Shown piece after piece: positions 14,558 to 28,706 of a DNA stretch of 64,000 nt. Location: positions 124,434,001 through 124,498,000 of the forward strand of contig OZ024741.1 in the NCBI GenBank assembly GCA_964016885.1, written 5' to 3'. The notes under the pieces were generated by a model that worked only from the letters and a program-made list of their open reading frames with translations, did no database searches and was not told the origin of the DNA. Every line of letters starts with the position of its first letter. Positions within the stretch are counted from its first letter, which is position 1. The position numbers and the translations under genes were made by a program. The stretch is from Eledone cirrhosa (lineage: Eukaryota).

Positions 14558-17500
14558 GAGAGATTAGATTGGAAATGGAGGGTGGAGTATGCCAGGCAAA
14601 CGGGCCAGTGGGAAATGAAGGTGAAGAGGTTGAGAGAACGGAGGAACCATCCGAAGCAGACAATGATCTGAATGCTGAAATAAATAATACCTGGAACAGA
14701 GATACGGCCATTGAGGAGATGAATGCTGACGGGCTAGGACAAGATTTGGTTGATATCCTAAACTTAGTGGTAGATAAATTGAACAATGATAGTGGGAAAC
14801 TTATGAACCTAAGATTTGTAGACAGGAAAAAGATAAAAGAAACAACAGTTAAGGTAAACAAAGTCATCCCATATGTTGAGGCGAGGAGCCTTCACCAGTG
14901 CAACAATATCCTCAAAGCCACAGCAAATGCGGTGAGAAAATTACTTGGCATAAAAGCGAGAGGAAACAACAAACAAGAAAGATCAGAACCTTGGTGGAAG
15001 AAACGACTGAATGGTCAAATCAGGGAAATGAGAAATGACACAAAATAGACTGGAAATAAAGTACAAAACTAGGAGGAAAAAGATAAATATTATCATAGAG
15101 GAACTGAAGCAACGCATTGTAGCAAAGAGTGCAAAGATTAGGCGATACGAGAGCAGAGTCAGTCAGTATAGACAGAACCGCATGTTTGACAACAACCAGA
15201 AGATGCTGTTTGGACAGCTTGAAAGGAAAGAAAGAGGCAACGACTTGATCCCTGAGGCGGAACAAACTAAGACATTCTGGAGAGGAATATGGGAGCAGGA
15301 TGTTAAACATAATAACCAGGCAGTGTGGATTGAGACAGTACAGTACAAAAGGAGATTAGTGAACAGGCACACCAACAAACTGATTTGAGTATCACAGTTG
15401 AAACTCTTAAGGGGAGGCCAAAAAACTAACCAACTGGAAATCACCAGGCCCAGATGGTGTGCAGAGGTATTGGATTAGAAATATAACATCCCTCCACCCG
15501 AAACTGACAACCATGTTCAATGACTGCTTGATGTCAGGTGAGGTACCAGAGTGGTTGACAATAGGTACCACAGTTCTGGTAATGAAAGACCGAATCAAGT
15601 GTAATGATGTTACCAACTATACACCTATCACATGTCTGTCCGTAATGTGGAAACTGTTGACAAGCATTATGTCTGAGGAAATCTACCATCACCTCCACAC
15701 AAACAACTTGTTACCGGACGAACAGAAAGGATGCCGAAATAAGTCCCGTTGTACAAAGGACCAGTTACTTATTGATAAGATGGTAATGAGGAATTGCAAG
15801 AGGATGGATAGACTACAAAAAGGCATTTGACATGGTGCCTCATTCTTGGATCACCAAAATCCAAGAGATCTTCAAGGTGGCAGATAACATCAGACAGTTG
15901 TTGGGCAAAAGTATGAAGTCCTGGAAAACAGAGTTAACATCAGCTGGAGAATCCTTGGGAAGCGTGAAGATCAAGAGACGTATCTTCCAGGGAGATAGTC
16001 TGTCCCCTCTGTTGTTTGTCCTTGCCCTGATGCCCCTGACCATTATACTGCGAAAAGTGAGAGCAGGATACAAGTTGGGAAAGGGAGAGCTTTCCATCAA
16101 TCACCTCCTCTTCATGGACGATCTTAAGCTCTTCGGGAAGAGTGAGAAGGAGTTGGATGTGCTTGTTGACACTGTCCGTATTTTCAGGAATGATATATGT
16201 ATGCAATTTGGTATTAGTAAGTGTGGAGTCCTTGTGATGAAGAGGGGTAAATTGAGCAGAAGCAACGGAATCCAGGTACCAACAGGTGAGATGAATAAAG
16301 GAAATTGACACTGAAGAAGTATACAAGTATTTGGGTGTTCTGGAGGCTGATGATATCAAGAACAAAAAAATGAAGGAATTGATAAGATCTGAATACATTG
16401 GAAGAGTAAGGAGCGTATTAAAGTCACATCTGAACAGTAGGAATGCCATAAGTGCAATAAATTCCCGAGCTGTGTCTATTATTAGGTACAGTGCGGGAAT
16501 TCTGAGATGGAATGTTGCTGAACAAAAAGAAATGGATAGGAAGACTAGGAAGCTATTGACTATATACAACATGTTCCACAAGAGGAGTGATGTCGATAGA
16601 CTCTACTTAAGGATATCTGAAGGTGGAAGAGGTCTTATCAGCATAGAGGACTGTGTTCAGATGGAGAAAAACAACCTACACAAATACATGACTGATAGTA
16701 AGGAGCCAATGCTCAGAGTTGTACTGAAGGAGAGGACAATAGACTAGGGGATGTCCAAGGAGGAAATAATAACAAGGAGAAAGAGCAGCCTTCATGAAAA
16801 ATCCCTTCATAGTACCTTCTTTGAGAAAACTGAATTCAGAGATCCACAGACATGGAACTGGTTGAAAAGAGACCTTAAAAAGGCTACAGAAGGAATGCTA
16901 ATGGCTGCGCAAGAGCAGGCCCTCAAAACGAAGTGGTTGAAACACCATATTTACAAGGAGGAGGCTAGCCCACTGTGCAGGATCTGTGGAGAGTGAGAGA
17001 GGAAACTGTGGCTCACATTGTATCCGAGTGTAAACACGTAGCCCAGACTCACTATAAGGGCTGGAGACTTGATGTGATGGGCATGGTGATCCACTGGCAC
17101 CTATGCAAAGTAAACAATTTACCACATTCTGAGAAGTGGTATGAGCATAAGCCAGAGTCGGTGATAGAAAACGTTCAGGTGAAGTTGCTGTGGGATTTTA
17201 GGAGACAGACGGACAAGAAACTGGAACACAATAGACCTGACCTGGTGGTTTTGGACAAGGAAAAAAGATCGTTCCTGATTGTGGATGTGGCCTGCCCATT
17301 CGACACGAGAGTGCAAGAGAAGGAGAGGGAGAAAATTAACCGATACCAGGACTTAAAGTGGGAGGTAAAAAGGATTTGTAACTGCCATGAAGTCAAAGTG
17401 GTCCCGATTGTCATAGGCGCACTAGGTACTATCTCAAAAGGTTTCCAGGGATGGTTAAAGAAAATTAGCCCCGCCACGGTTTTTGGAACGCTTCAAAAGG

Positions 17501-17627
17501 CATGCTTGCTGGGAACAGCAAGAACCATCCGATATGTCCTGAATATCTGAGGCTGCAGGTAGTGCCTTGATATTCATTTCAACAAACTTTCCAGTTAACT
17601 AACATCAATGGCTGAGACTCAAAGAAC
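14558..17627 (+). mobile_element. Second, divergent R4/Dong-clade element, probably 5'-truncated
   Basis: PWWKKRL, WKSPGPDG, EQKGC, FQGDSLSPLLF, FMDDLK, CRICG..ETVAHIVSEC, RPDLVV..DVACP..EK..RY; (AAT)n flanks. Confidence 0.92.
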
Positions 17628-17640
17628 AATAATAATAATA

Positions 17641-17875
17641 ATAGTAATAATAATAAATTTGAAGACTAAAATCCAAAGAAGGCTCGATAAGGATAAATAT
17701 ATATCAAATATATAAGAACCGGAGAGAAAATAGTTATTAAAATAACAGATTAAAGTTTAAGCAAACAATCGCTGCTTTCACACTTAACGAGATCTTCTGA
17801 AACTGAGTTTCAGAAGATCCCGTTAAGGGTGAAAGCAGCGATTCTTTGCTTAAACTTTAATCTGTTATTTTAATA
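17641..17875. repeat. HHR-bearing pLTR module, inverted pair (HHR 17805-17857 on plus)
   Basis: Same sequence as 3611-3960; palindrome centre ~17803. Confidence 0.75.
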
Positions 17876-17884
17876 TATATATAT

Positions 17885-18340
17885 ATAATCAGGTTTAGCA
17901 AATAAGAAAAAGTTTCAAAATAAATTTAAAAAAATTAACTTTACTCACTATGGTTACCTTTACGGAATCGGTTTCGAGTCTCAAAATAAACGGACAGTCC
18001 TTATGTCATCCGTTGCAAAGATACACTCACGTCAGAAGGATCTTTTCACTCGCAGAATATAAAATTCTAGAGTTCAAATTACGAACTGGTGCTATTCAAA
18101 ATTGTTCTCGAGATGAGAATAAATGAAGTCGAAGCAATTCCTTCAAGTGCCGTGTATAAAGATAGAAGCAAAGGCATGGAGGTCAGTCTATTCCCGCTAT
18201 AACTAGCAGCAGTCAGAACGGCCAAATTTTTTTTCGACCAAGAGGAGAATAATAATAAAGTATATATCCCTACACGCACAAGACGCTTAGGGACACATGT
18301 ATTGTCCAACCATATGCCAATGTGGATATATATAGATATA
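17885..18340 (-). mobile_element. Probable PLE pseudo-LTR fragment with HHR-like motif having extended stem II
   Basis: Minus strand CTGACGT-GAGT...ACTC-GAAA-CCGA-TT at ~17966-18035; bounded by (TA)n. Confidence 0.4.
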
Positions 18341-18922
18341 TATGCATATATATATTTATATATATATATATATATATATGTAATGCATATATATATATAT
18401 ATAGTTAAAAGAATAGAGGTGTAACACACAAGTTATTATATATTGGTAAACGGAATAGAAAATGCTGACAAATTGTTCACAGTTGAAAAATGGTTTAATT
18501 AGGAATAAAAGAGTATTAGTGATTGTATGGGTTAGTATTCAGTTGTGGTTTTAAGTTTTTAAGTTTTTACCGGTTGCGCATTTCTAAATGCTTTTCAAAA
18601 ATAATTTTGAGATAGAGTGTCCGTGCTGTTTGCCCTGATCTGATTAGTTTTGGGAATTCTACCTGTTTTTATGTTAAAAAAATGGCTCCAGCGTTATTTT
18701 TGTGTTGTAAAAATGCTTGTGGTCAAAACAATTTTGATTGGTCGGTAGAGGTCATGTGAATGTAAAAAGTTGATTTTGCGCCAAGACTGTTTTTATGTTA
18801 AAATGTTAGAAAAGTGGCTGCAGCAAAAATTATGGTCAAAACAATTTTGATTGGTCGGTAGAGGTCATGTGGATAAAAAATTGGTTTTGCGCCAAGATTG
18901 AGAAATGACTCTTTCACAACAA

Positions 18923-18956
<34 letters not shown>

Positions 18957-19025
18957 TAGTAGTAGTAAGGTGTTCGATGCTGCGACAATAGCCACCAGCG
19001 ATGTGTGTCAAATGGCTATTAAGAT

Positions 19026-19061
<36 letters not shown>

Positions 19062-19361
19062 ACATACACACAGCAGAGTCATTCGAAGGTCAAAAGATAT
19101 TTTTCAGCTTTTGTCTTATACGGAGAAGTGCGTGTGTGTGTGTGTGTGTGTGTGTGTATAAGTCTCTTTGTATGTTGATGTACGCGTGTGTATGTGTTTG
19201 TGTATATATGTGTGTGTGTGTGTGTGTGCGTGTGTGGGTGGACCAGTATTTCCCCCCCCCCCTGGTAAAATGGTGTACATTATTCGATTTTTTCAGTAAA
19301 ATCGGTTCTCTTAATAGAACATCAACAATCTTAACAATAAAAGGTGTGAAATGATATTCAC

Positions 19362-19408
<47 letters not shown>

Positions 19409-19411
19409 TTT

Positions 19412-19457
<46 letters not shown>

Positions 19458-19461
<4 letters not shown>

Positions 19462-19860
19462 TGGCTGCCAACTCGTTTTCGAGTACGGCCACCACTTTAT
19501 ATCCATGTAGGAGAACCCCTACCGATGCGCTGAACGAATGTGACTTTTTAGTCCAGCCAGCGACTTGAAAACTCTGGTACAAAGACTACACTTGTGACCA
19601 TTATTGACACATAGTGCAGGGCCCATGGTACCATGTGATGACAAGTGCAGAGAGATCTCCAGATATAAAGAAATGCCTGTGCTGTGAAGCTTTTATAGTG
19701 AGCAAAGGCACTGCACAAAGCCAGCCCCACTCTCTTAACCAAGATGATATTTACCAAAAAGAAGAACAAGTCAACATCATTGGATACCATCAGGGTTGCA
19801 GGTGTTATATCAGAGTTTTCCTTCTCCTAGAATTCTGCCTTGACAAAGGCTAAGGGGTCA
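19458..19860 (-). mobile_element. Possible RTE-type 5' fragment nested in the pLTR
   Basis: Minus strand ttagcctt..ggca..ctaggagaaggaaaactctga resembles RTE 5' UTR motifs; (TA)n flanks. Confidence 0.3.
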
Positions 19861-20364
19861 TATGTATACATATATACATACATATATATGCACATATATT
19901 TTTTTGTATTGCACCATAGAGCATGTGTGTTTACGTGTGTCATTGTGTTTATATGTGGGTAGAGATGTGTGCTGATGTAGGTATGTATGTTGACGTGTGT
20001 ATGTTGTGGGTTCGTCTTAGGGAGAAGTGTTTAGACGGGGTCCGTATTTGTTAATGAAGTAAGATTCCTTGCTGATGCGCTGGGTGTGGGTGGCATTATC
20101 TTTAAATTTGTAGAGGGGAAAGATTCTGAAGTTGGGATGATTTTGGGCGGCGCAGGTATCAATGTGTTCACTCAGTGGTATTTTCCTGTATTCCCGTATT
20201 TTACATTCACATGACCTCTACCGACCAATCAAAATTGTTTTGACCACAAGCATTTTTACAACACAAAAATAACGCTGGAGCCATTTTTTTAACATAAAAA
20301 CAGGTAGAATTCCCAAAACTAATCAGATCAGAGCAAACAGCACGGACACTCTATCTCAAAATTA

Positions 20365-20401
20365 TTTTTGAAAAGCATTTAGAAATGCGCAACCGGTAAA
20401 A
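20365..20401 (+). ncRNA. HHR-like motif, U3-A8 core with GCAA (mirror copy ~18565-18600 on minus)
   Basis: ttt-TTGAAAA-GCATTT ag AAATGC-GCAA-CCGG-TA-aaa. Confidence 0.5.
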
Positions 20402-20519
20402 ACTTAAAAACTTAAAACCACAACTGAATACTAACCCATACAATCACTAATACTCTTTTATTCCTAATTAAACCATTTTTCAACTGTGAACAATTTGTCA
20501 GCATTTTCTATTCCGTTTA

Positions 20520-20577
<58 letters not shown>

Positions 20578-20610
20578 ATATAAAATATATATATATAATA
20601 TATATATATA

Positions 20611-21130
20611 CGGCTGTTTCTGGAGTCGGCACTTTAAGAATCAAGGAAGCATTTTGGATCAAACGCCTAGCACCACAAATAAATAACCGATCCGAGAGTA
20701 GCGAGACTAGATGGCTGGTGTAAACAAGCGAAACAACAACACACACACAGACAGTGGCATTCGAACGATTGTTATTGTATGTATAGCGCGCCCACCATCC
20801 ACCGACCAACAAACAACAATCAAGCAGACTACCAACACTGCCAGTGTCAAAGACTGAATATAGGTAGTATAATGGATTGACAACAAAGCACCATCCTACT
20901 CCCATAGTAAAGAAGAACTACCTCGACATTTGCTTGACCGCAGCTATTCAGCGCGCAGGCGCGCTCTACAGAATATCTCAGTTGTACACAAATGGCGGAC
21001 GACACAGCCCTGTACCGTTCCTCTCTGACTAAAAACATTCCGCCTCGGACAAACCCCCAGTTGTTGGATGCGAAATCCAAAATATAGGGACAATTAAATC
21101 ACTTCCAAAGTAACTCTATCTCGTGTTATT
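20611..21130 (+). mobile_element. PLE 3' fragment: GIY-YIG end plus pLTR
   Basis: TLRIKEAFWIKRLAPQINNRSE..; terminal region homologous to 4556-4640. Confidence 0.65.
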
Positions 21131-21136
21131 ATATTT

Positions 21137-21240
21137 ACACCGAGGTTGACTTTGCCTTTCATCCTTACGGGGTCGATAAAATCAAGTACCAGTAATACAC
21201 TGGTTAATTGCTGGCGTTGTGCCTAAAGTACAAACAGTTA
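21137..21240 (+). mobile_element. SINE 3' fragment
   Basis: ccgaggttgactttgcctttcatccttacggggtcgataaa..gtaccag body shared with other copies. Confidence 0.75.
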
Positions 21241-21468
21241 TTATATTTACACTGTTTCCTACGTCCCTTTACACACTATACGTCTCATTCTACATTTCCT
21301 CTTACATCTCTCTCATAACCACCTGATTCTGTTACCTGGAGACTCTCCAATCTGTGTCCAATTTTATATATATCGTGTATATATATATGTATATATATAT
21401 ATGTATATAATAAATATATATAATATATATATATATAATATATATATATATAATATATATATATATAA

Positions 21469-21502
<34 letters not shown>

Positions 21503-21503
21503 A

Positions 21504-21625
<122 letters not shown>

Positions 21626-21664
21626 GTGAGGGGTTTTTTTTTCACCAGTATTATTACATCCACC

Positions 21665-21842
21665 AGTTGGTGAATTGGCAGTATCGGTAGAGGGTCGGAC
21701 GCCATGCTTTCCAGCATAGTTACGTCCCTTTACGGTCTGAGTTCCAATCCCGTCGAGGTTAACTTTGCCTTTCATCCTTACGGGGTCCATAAAATAAAGT
21801 ACCAGTAATTGGCCTTGTGCCAAAAAGTAGAAACAATTATTA
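21665..21842 (+). mobile_element. tRNA-derived SINE (cephalopod-type)
   Basis: A-box-like tggcagtatcggtag, B-box-like gagttccaatccc, body actttgcctttcatccttacgggg; many copies in window. Confidence 0.8.
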
Positions 21843-22400
21843 CATCCACCAGTAACCCCCACCCACCCACCTACTTTTCGATTCACTTACCTAATATCTT
21901 CACATTCCACATTTTACTTCCCCATTTTGTTTCACTACCTCATATCTCTGTCACTTGCGTTTTCCACTCAGATATATTCTGTTGTTTCGCAGCCAATTTT
22001 TATTTGAACTCATTTATTCATACGGCTGGTCTATAATCTGTATCTATGCGCGTGAGTGTGCACAAGTGAGTATACGTTCTGTATATGTATACGAACGCCT
22101 CTGTATGTGTGCGTGCGTACGCATATATATGTGTGTGTATGTGTGTTTTTATATCTATGTTTTATTATATCTATGTTATTTGCATACTTATTTTTACGTG
22201 TGTGTGTATGCGAGTGAATGTTTGTTTATGTGTATGTATATGTGTGTATGGGTGTGTAGGTATATGTGTATATATATATATAGTCGCGTACGTACGTGTG
22301 ATTAGATATACATGTGGCGATATATATATATATGTGCTTCGTGTGTATATATGTACGCATGCAAGCGCTTTTGTCTGTACGTATTTGTATGTATAAATAT

Positions 22401-22465
22401 TTTAAATCAAAGAGAAAGTAATCAATTAACACTTGAAAAAAGAAAACAAACATAGGTACGCACGT

Positions 22466-22505
<40 letters not shown>

Positions 22506-22570
22506 ACGTGCGTACCTATGTTTGTTTTCTTTTTTCTAGTGTTAATTGACTACTTTCTCTTTGATTTAAA
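22401..22570. repeat. Near-perfect palindrome (~70-bp unique arms around a TA core)
   Basis: tttaaatcaaagagaaagta...cacgtacaca (TA)n tgtgtacgtg...tactttctctttgatttaaa. Confidence 0.85.
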
Positions 22571-23055
22571 TTTTTTTTTCATTCTCATATATTGTTTCAT
22601 TTTTATACATATATCGAGAATGACACTTCTTTTTACTATTACACTCCTTCCCTCTTTATCTTCCGCATATAAGTGATCGCGCGTGTGTGTGTGTTTATAC
22701 GCGTGCTTTCATACTCGTATGTGTATTTAATACCTGTATCTGGATGCGTGTTAACTATATTATCTTACAATTTCTTTTTCAACTCATATTATATACGTAT
22801 TTGTGGTCACATATACACAAATATACTTGCCCTCATATAGGTACTTACGCAAACATATTCACCATACACATGCATTTGTACATACACACATATGTACATT
22901 TGTGAGTGTATATACATACATATACACATACCCTAACTATATTTCCTTATTTTTTTATATATCTCTTGCATTACTTTTATTTATATATTTTTTGCCCGTT
23001 AAACTCTTGCCTTTCTTGAGGAGACTTTTCAAATGTTTCACTATGTTTTAAATTG

Positions 23056-23123
23056 CCTTGTCCGATGAACGAATGAGGACGTTTTTCGTATTCGTCTTAT
23101 TCGGGAAACCTCTGGTAATGAGG
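23056..23123 (+). ncRNA. Type I hammerhead motif with long stem II (U4C core) ending a probable pLTR
   Basis: CCTTGT-CCGATGA-aCGAATGAGGACG..CGTCTTATTCGg-GAAA-CC TCT GG-TA-ATGAGG. Confidence 0.7.
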
Positions 23124-23384
23124 TAATATACTGTATTGTTTATTATACATTATATATATATATATATATTTATTTATTTAGGTTTGTTGGTTCACCACTG
23201 AATGGAACTGATTATTCCGTATGGTCAATCTCGATGTAATATTATGGAGGGTACTCAACGTAATGCAACTCATCCGTCTTCGTTTGTGTAGTTGGTGGTG
23301 CGAGTACGGAGTTAATTATTATAAAATAACAGGAGGCTGGACAGGTGTAAATCCTTGAAAGTTTTATTATACTATGAACATTTC

Positions 23385-23428
23385 AATGACCGGCTTCAGT
23401 GTGAATTCGGTGATATCATCAGGTATTC
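23385..23428 (-). ncRNA. Degenerate minimal HHR motif
   Basis: Minus strand CTGATGA...GAAG-CCGG-TC; stems I and II eroded. Confidence 0.4.
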
Positions 23429-24774
23429 GAAATAAAACAAAGGAATATAACAGGTAAAATCCATGGGGCTGAAAATCAGAGACAATTGGACGCCGACCAT
23501 TTAACAGCTTCTACCTCAGTCGGCATTCATATTCCACTCACAAGTAATTGGTGAAACCACTGTTATAGCAACATTGAAAAGCGGATTCCTTAATCACACA
23601 CTCATTCCTGATGTAAATATGTAGATAAGTTGGTTTCCATGTTGATGAGCACATGTGTACTTTTCTGAGCCACATGTTTTTCACTACTGCACTTTCTTTT
23701 ATCCGTACATTTTTTTATCAGCAAATAAATTTACTTTCCGTTATCGGTAAATAAATAAATGAACCAATAATGTTACTGAATGATTTCATTGTAAGAAAGA
23801 ATATTGAATATCATATTAACTCATAAAGCCTTCCTATAAATTTACTTCAAAGTATGGAGTGGAAACATTTACTTAATGCAGTCACTAATCAATGAAACTA
23901 ATGCAGTTACACGAATCTTTATATTATATTTAGTGTAATGATAATGATATGACAGACTGTTCATGAATTTTATTGATGACACCTACGCAGTATGACTGCG
24001 AAAGTTTAATAGAATTAATGTTACTGGTTAACGAATCAGAGATAAACAAGGTAGTTCTTGAAAGACATTTTTGTTGGTAAGCATGGCATCGTTTTAACAG
24101 ATGTTATTGGCAATCATGTGTTTTCATGTTCGAACTCTCGTTTACGCAAAGGATGTCTTCACTTATTATTATCTAAGTTGCAAGTAATATATTGTTCTTA
24201 ATATATATCGTTCGCAATCAGTTGCTTTCATGTTCGATGTCTGTTTTATCTAACAATTAACTCATATCACCGCCTGGTATTATTGACTAATCAAAGCCTT
24301 GCAAATGAGATTGGGTAGACAGACACCGCGAAGGAACATTACAAGTGGATTCACTTTCGTGTCACTTACTAGAAGTATTTTTCGGCACAGTTTAAAACTT
24401 TTATTTCCAAACCATATGAAACTGCCCCCAGACTGCGATGCTATCTAAAACCTTTCATCCTAATATGATGTACGAAACCCTATTCAAAATATCGGCCTAC
24501 TACCGAGTCAGTTATATTACTAAATCCCACTAAATTTCTGAATATTTTCAAAATTAACTGAAAATATATAATGTTCTTTATTTAAAATGTGGTAACGAAT
24601 GGGATAATTCATTTAATATTACTGGCCAATGATTCAGAAATAAAGAAATGGAGGAAACATGGTACATAGAAGACATTTTTCGTTGCCAGCAAGGCGTTGT
24701 CGTTAAGTTGTGTTCTTGGTAATTATGTGGTTTCAAGATCGATCTCCCTTTTACCTGACAAACATTTATTATTA

Positions 24775-24905
24775 TATAGTTACGTCCCTTTACGGTCTGA
24801 GTTCAAATCCCACCGAGGTTAACTTTGCCTTTCAACCTTACAGGGCCGATAAAATAAAGTACCAGTAATGCACTGGCCTTGTGCCAAAAGTAGAAACAAT
24901 TATTA
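24775..24905 (+). mobile_element. SINE copy followed by (CT)n microsatellite (24953-25092)
   Basis: gagttcaaatccc..actttgcctttca..gtaccagtaatgcactgg. Confidence 0.75.
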
Positions 24906-24969
24906 TGGCAGCTTCTTTTTTTCAAATGTAAATGTTTTTTCTGGGCCATCATCCTCTCTCTCTCTCTCT

Positions 24970-25064
<95 letters not shown>

Positions 25065-25419
25065 TCTCTCTCTCTCTCTACTCTCTCTCTCTTTCCCTTT
25101 TACGCATATATTCCTCAACGCTAGGTCCTGCTTTCTACCTTTGAAATTTGTTACCGTCCCACAATTTTCTTTCCTCTAAATTCCACATCTTGTACCTTTT
25201 CTTACCCTGATTTTTTAACATCTTTTCACTCGATAAGACGTATATTCTATTATTTTTGTGCAATGATTTTAGACGAAAATCTCCAAAACTCATGCCTTTA
25301 TTTTTGTTGCCTATTATGGTGAAAAATTCGAAATGAATCACTAACTTGGTGTTCGGATTGTGAAGTTGAGCTCTTTTGTAGACCTGGCAGTTGGTGACAA
25401 ACGTCCTCCAGCGGCTGGT

Positions 25420-25935
25420 GACGATGATGTGGTCGATCGCCTTCCGAGTTTAGCAGACACGTGACCCCCTCAGGAAAACCCCAGCAAATAGGATCGAAGG
25501 CGTCGATAGCAGAGCCCTGAGGACCATCGAATATCAGATGCTGCCATCATTTCTCCAACTAAGTGCTGTATAAGCGCACGCATCAGCCCACAGTCTCCCT
25601 CCTCATACTCCCGCCTCATAGTCATCCGCCGCACCGCTGGTACGGATATGTCCTTCACCTCCCGCCATATCATCCTACAAGGGTCTTAATCACGCTTGAA
25701 GCTACACCAGTGAGCTGGAAGAGGCTCTGTGTAGGCTCCACACCAGATTGTGGGACGTGAATAAGGAAGATCTGCAGAGGCTCGATATCATTTTGAAGGA
25801 CGCACATGGGCTGGCACATGACCGTCAGCGATGGAGAGCATTGTTGGACCTGGTCGGATCTACGCACGATGATGCCTCTAGGAGTGCTGACCAGAATTAC
25901 CCAAATCCCATCCAGCAAGAGCAGTAGATGATGAG
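25420..25935 (+). mobile_element. RTE-clade LINE 3' fragment
   Basis: DSRALRTI..RWYGYVLHLP..HP..WKR..LWD..EDL..AHDRQRWRAL, typical of an RTE C-terminus. Confidence 0.7.
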
Positions 25936-26479
25936 ATAGATGTGTGTATGTATGTAATCTCTTTACTTAACTATATTTATCGCTCTCTTTCGATATATTT
26001 CTATCTCTATACAAGTATGTGTGAGAGATATTTTATAAAAGGATATGAGTAGTTAGCACATGATTAGGGTAAATGTTTATATATTTTACATTTTATTTAG
26101 CTTTGATACAATTTTTCTTGTCATCAATATCACCCAGAATGTGAACGTGACACACGGAGCTTATTAATAGGAAAATTTAGTTTAAATACCATATATTATT
26201 TTGATATTCCTATTCCATATAGTTATATGTTACATAGTTTGTATCTTTATAAATATCTATCTACACATATTTTCCTGAATAGATAACATGGCAGCTTGAT
26301 AATCACATAGACGTTGTTAATTAACGAACGAAATGTGGAAACTTTACAAGAACGGAAATTGTGACTACAGAGAAAGTAGAACAGCAATGTTGTTGAATAT
26401 TAAAGAATTCTAGAAGAATTTGGCAACTAGAACGGAAATTAATAGATTGAAGCTTGCATTGAAACGTAATAAAATGGAC

Positions 26480-27500
26480 AGGTTCAGATATGGTCTCCTT
26501 GCCATTTAAATTGAGATTGATACGATCTCGTTGAAGAGTGAAATTCATCCCAACATGCTGTTAGTCTTCACATGACCCTTTTATGTAGAGAACGAAAAAA
26601 AAAGGTTTCTCGCTTTAGATGAAAGGAAACAGGAGAAATGAAAAGAAGTAATTGTTACATAATATGAGCAGATGAGTTATAGGAATTGAAATAATGTCAG
26701 AGAATGTCACATCGACTGACATGATGGACTATGTACTCTAGTGTTATGTTTTCTTGAACAATATTATTATGGCTTTGTATAGAATGGTGAAAGACGAAGA
26801 GTGCAAATATGTAACTTGATCTGAAGAATGAAATCAATATAGAGACATACAGGAAATGAAATGGAATGCATTTTGCCTTTTCCTTGGGAAGCCGATGAAA
26901 AACCTCATGGTTCATAAAAATGTAAATATGTAAACGAGTAAATGCCATTTCCTAGGATAGATATTATTTTTTTAACCAGTATATGGCAACTCACTAGCTA
27001 CATTATTACAACAATATACGACTTTTCTCCCTAGTTTCTTTAATTAATATAACCGTATATAACATCTCCATGGCTACATTATTTATTGATTGTACAGGTA
27101 CATGCAAGTAAAAGTAATTACACACAAAATATGAGTTTCAAAATACATAATGGACGTTTATGAGGGTAAAGAAATTGCTTCCAATTTCCAAGGGTACAAA
27201 TGAGAATTGCATTCTTTGTGGAGGCGAAATGTTAAACATGTCAATGATGCTTGATAGGCACCCACTTGAAGATATCTAAACACATTCGTACTCAAATAAA
27301 TAAAATACAAATACAATCATTCTCCCATACAGAAATGGACAAGCAATCAATAATACTAACGTTGTAACATTCTATTCTTAACGATATTCTTATAGAGGTT
27401 TGTTAGGATTGTTAATGAAGATTTTTTTGAAATGATACAAAAGAAATCGGTTTTTGTCACCTTTGCCAATAGCTATATGCCAATAGCTATATGAAAGTGA
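26480..27500 (+). pseudogene. Possible decayed piggyBac-like transposase
   Basis: Residual motifs in order: ILLW, NAIS.DRY, H.SK...SFKI, MDVYEGK; many stops. Confidence 0.3.
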
Positions 27501-28464
27501 GTGATTACTTTGTATTTCAGGAACCGATGCAAAAACAAATATTTTCAACTTCAAATAGGTTGATGGATCACCTTTGTTCCGCTATTTTTCAAAATTCACA
27601 CTAATGCAGTTTGAGAAAAAAATAACTTGTAGAAAAATTCAAGTAATTTATGAATTAGATCTTGTGCTAATATATGGTCTCATATCAGGTGTCTGCTGTT
27701 GGAATACTGACTGGCTGATAATATCCCCGTTCGTCGTATACATGCATGGGTGGTCACTTTTAGCTATGTAGTGAATACGCTGGCCGGACCTTTCTCAGCC
27801 CATCCCTAGTGAACGCAAACACAAGCGCAATTATGAATTAGATTTAAACTAGTAATTTCTATCGTTGAAAACTGAAGAAATCCAGCTTATTCAGTTAATG
27901 AATTAATCTCTGATAGAGAACATGAGATTTATTATTGCAGAATATAGAAAATATGAGCCTTTGGTGGTATAATCCAGTGGTTGCCAACCTAGAAGTCTAG
28001 TATCAAAGAATATCTATGAACATAGTACAGAATTTTGAGTAGTTTGTCATAAAGATAATACACACTATTGGACACCGCTCAATGTAAACATTTCTCTCTT
28101 TCAATCCTTATAGTTATTGTATACCAACTTCAATTATGTTGTTAAACACATAGTGTACCGTAATATACACACACTATTGGATATCCCTTTAAATATTTAT
28201 ATTTCTTTCCTTTGATTCTAATGCTCTGAGAAAGGGAATCTATGTGGAGGAATGTCCAAATGAAAATTCATTTTAATAAAACGCGTCCTTATTAGTGAAG
28301 AGCTTGCTGGGCTCTGTCACAACCGGTAGTGTAGCGTCTAACATCTTGCAGTATTTAGATACTATTATCAATATCTTGAGTCAACTTAGTTGTTTATACT
28401 TCCGTAATAAATAAATAAAAAATTTGCGAAGTAAGAACTACCATTTAAACAAAATATTATCTAT

Positions 28465-28641
28465 CTATATATTACTAAAATTCTGTGATTGTTGCTTGCT
28501 TGCTTGTCTGTAATGTAATACAGCTAAAAGGACGCATGGGAAAATACTTTGAAATGGGAATACAAATGAAATAAAACAAGTCTCGCGTAAATCGGAAAAT
28601 GTATTCCCGAGATATGGGGTTTTCCGGGTACTTTCATGAAC

Positions 28642-28706
<65 letters not shown>

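Larger units (their letters stand above)
18441..20524 (-). mobile_element. 5'-truncated PLE (GIY-YIG tail ~20015-20205) with inverted pLTR
   Basis: Minus strand reads KIPLSEHIDTC..FRIFPLYKF..KESYFINKYGPRLN; 18441-18760 is the near-perfect inverse of 20205-20524. Confidence 0.8.

Noticed and set aside
21665-21760. tRNA gene
   Set aside because: A/B-box-like head continues into a multi-copy SINE body; no complete cloverleaf
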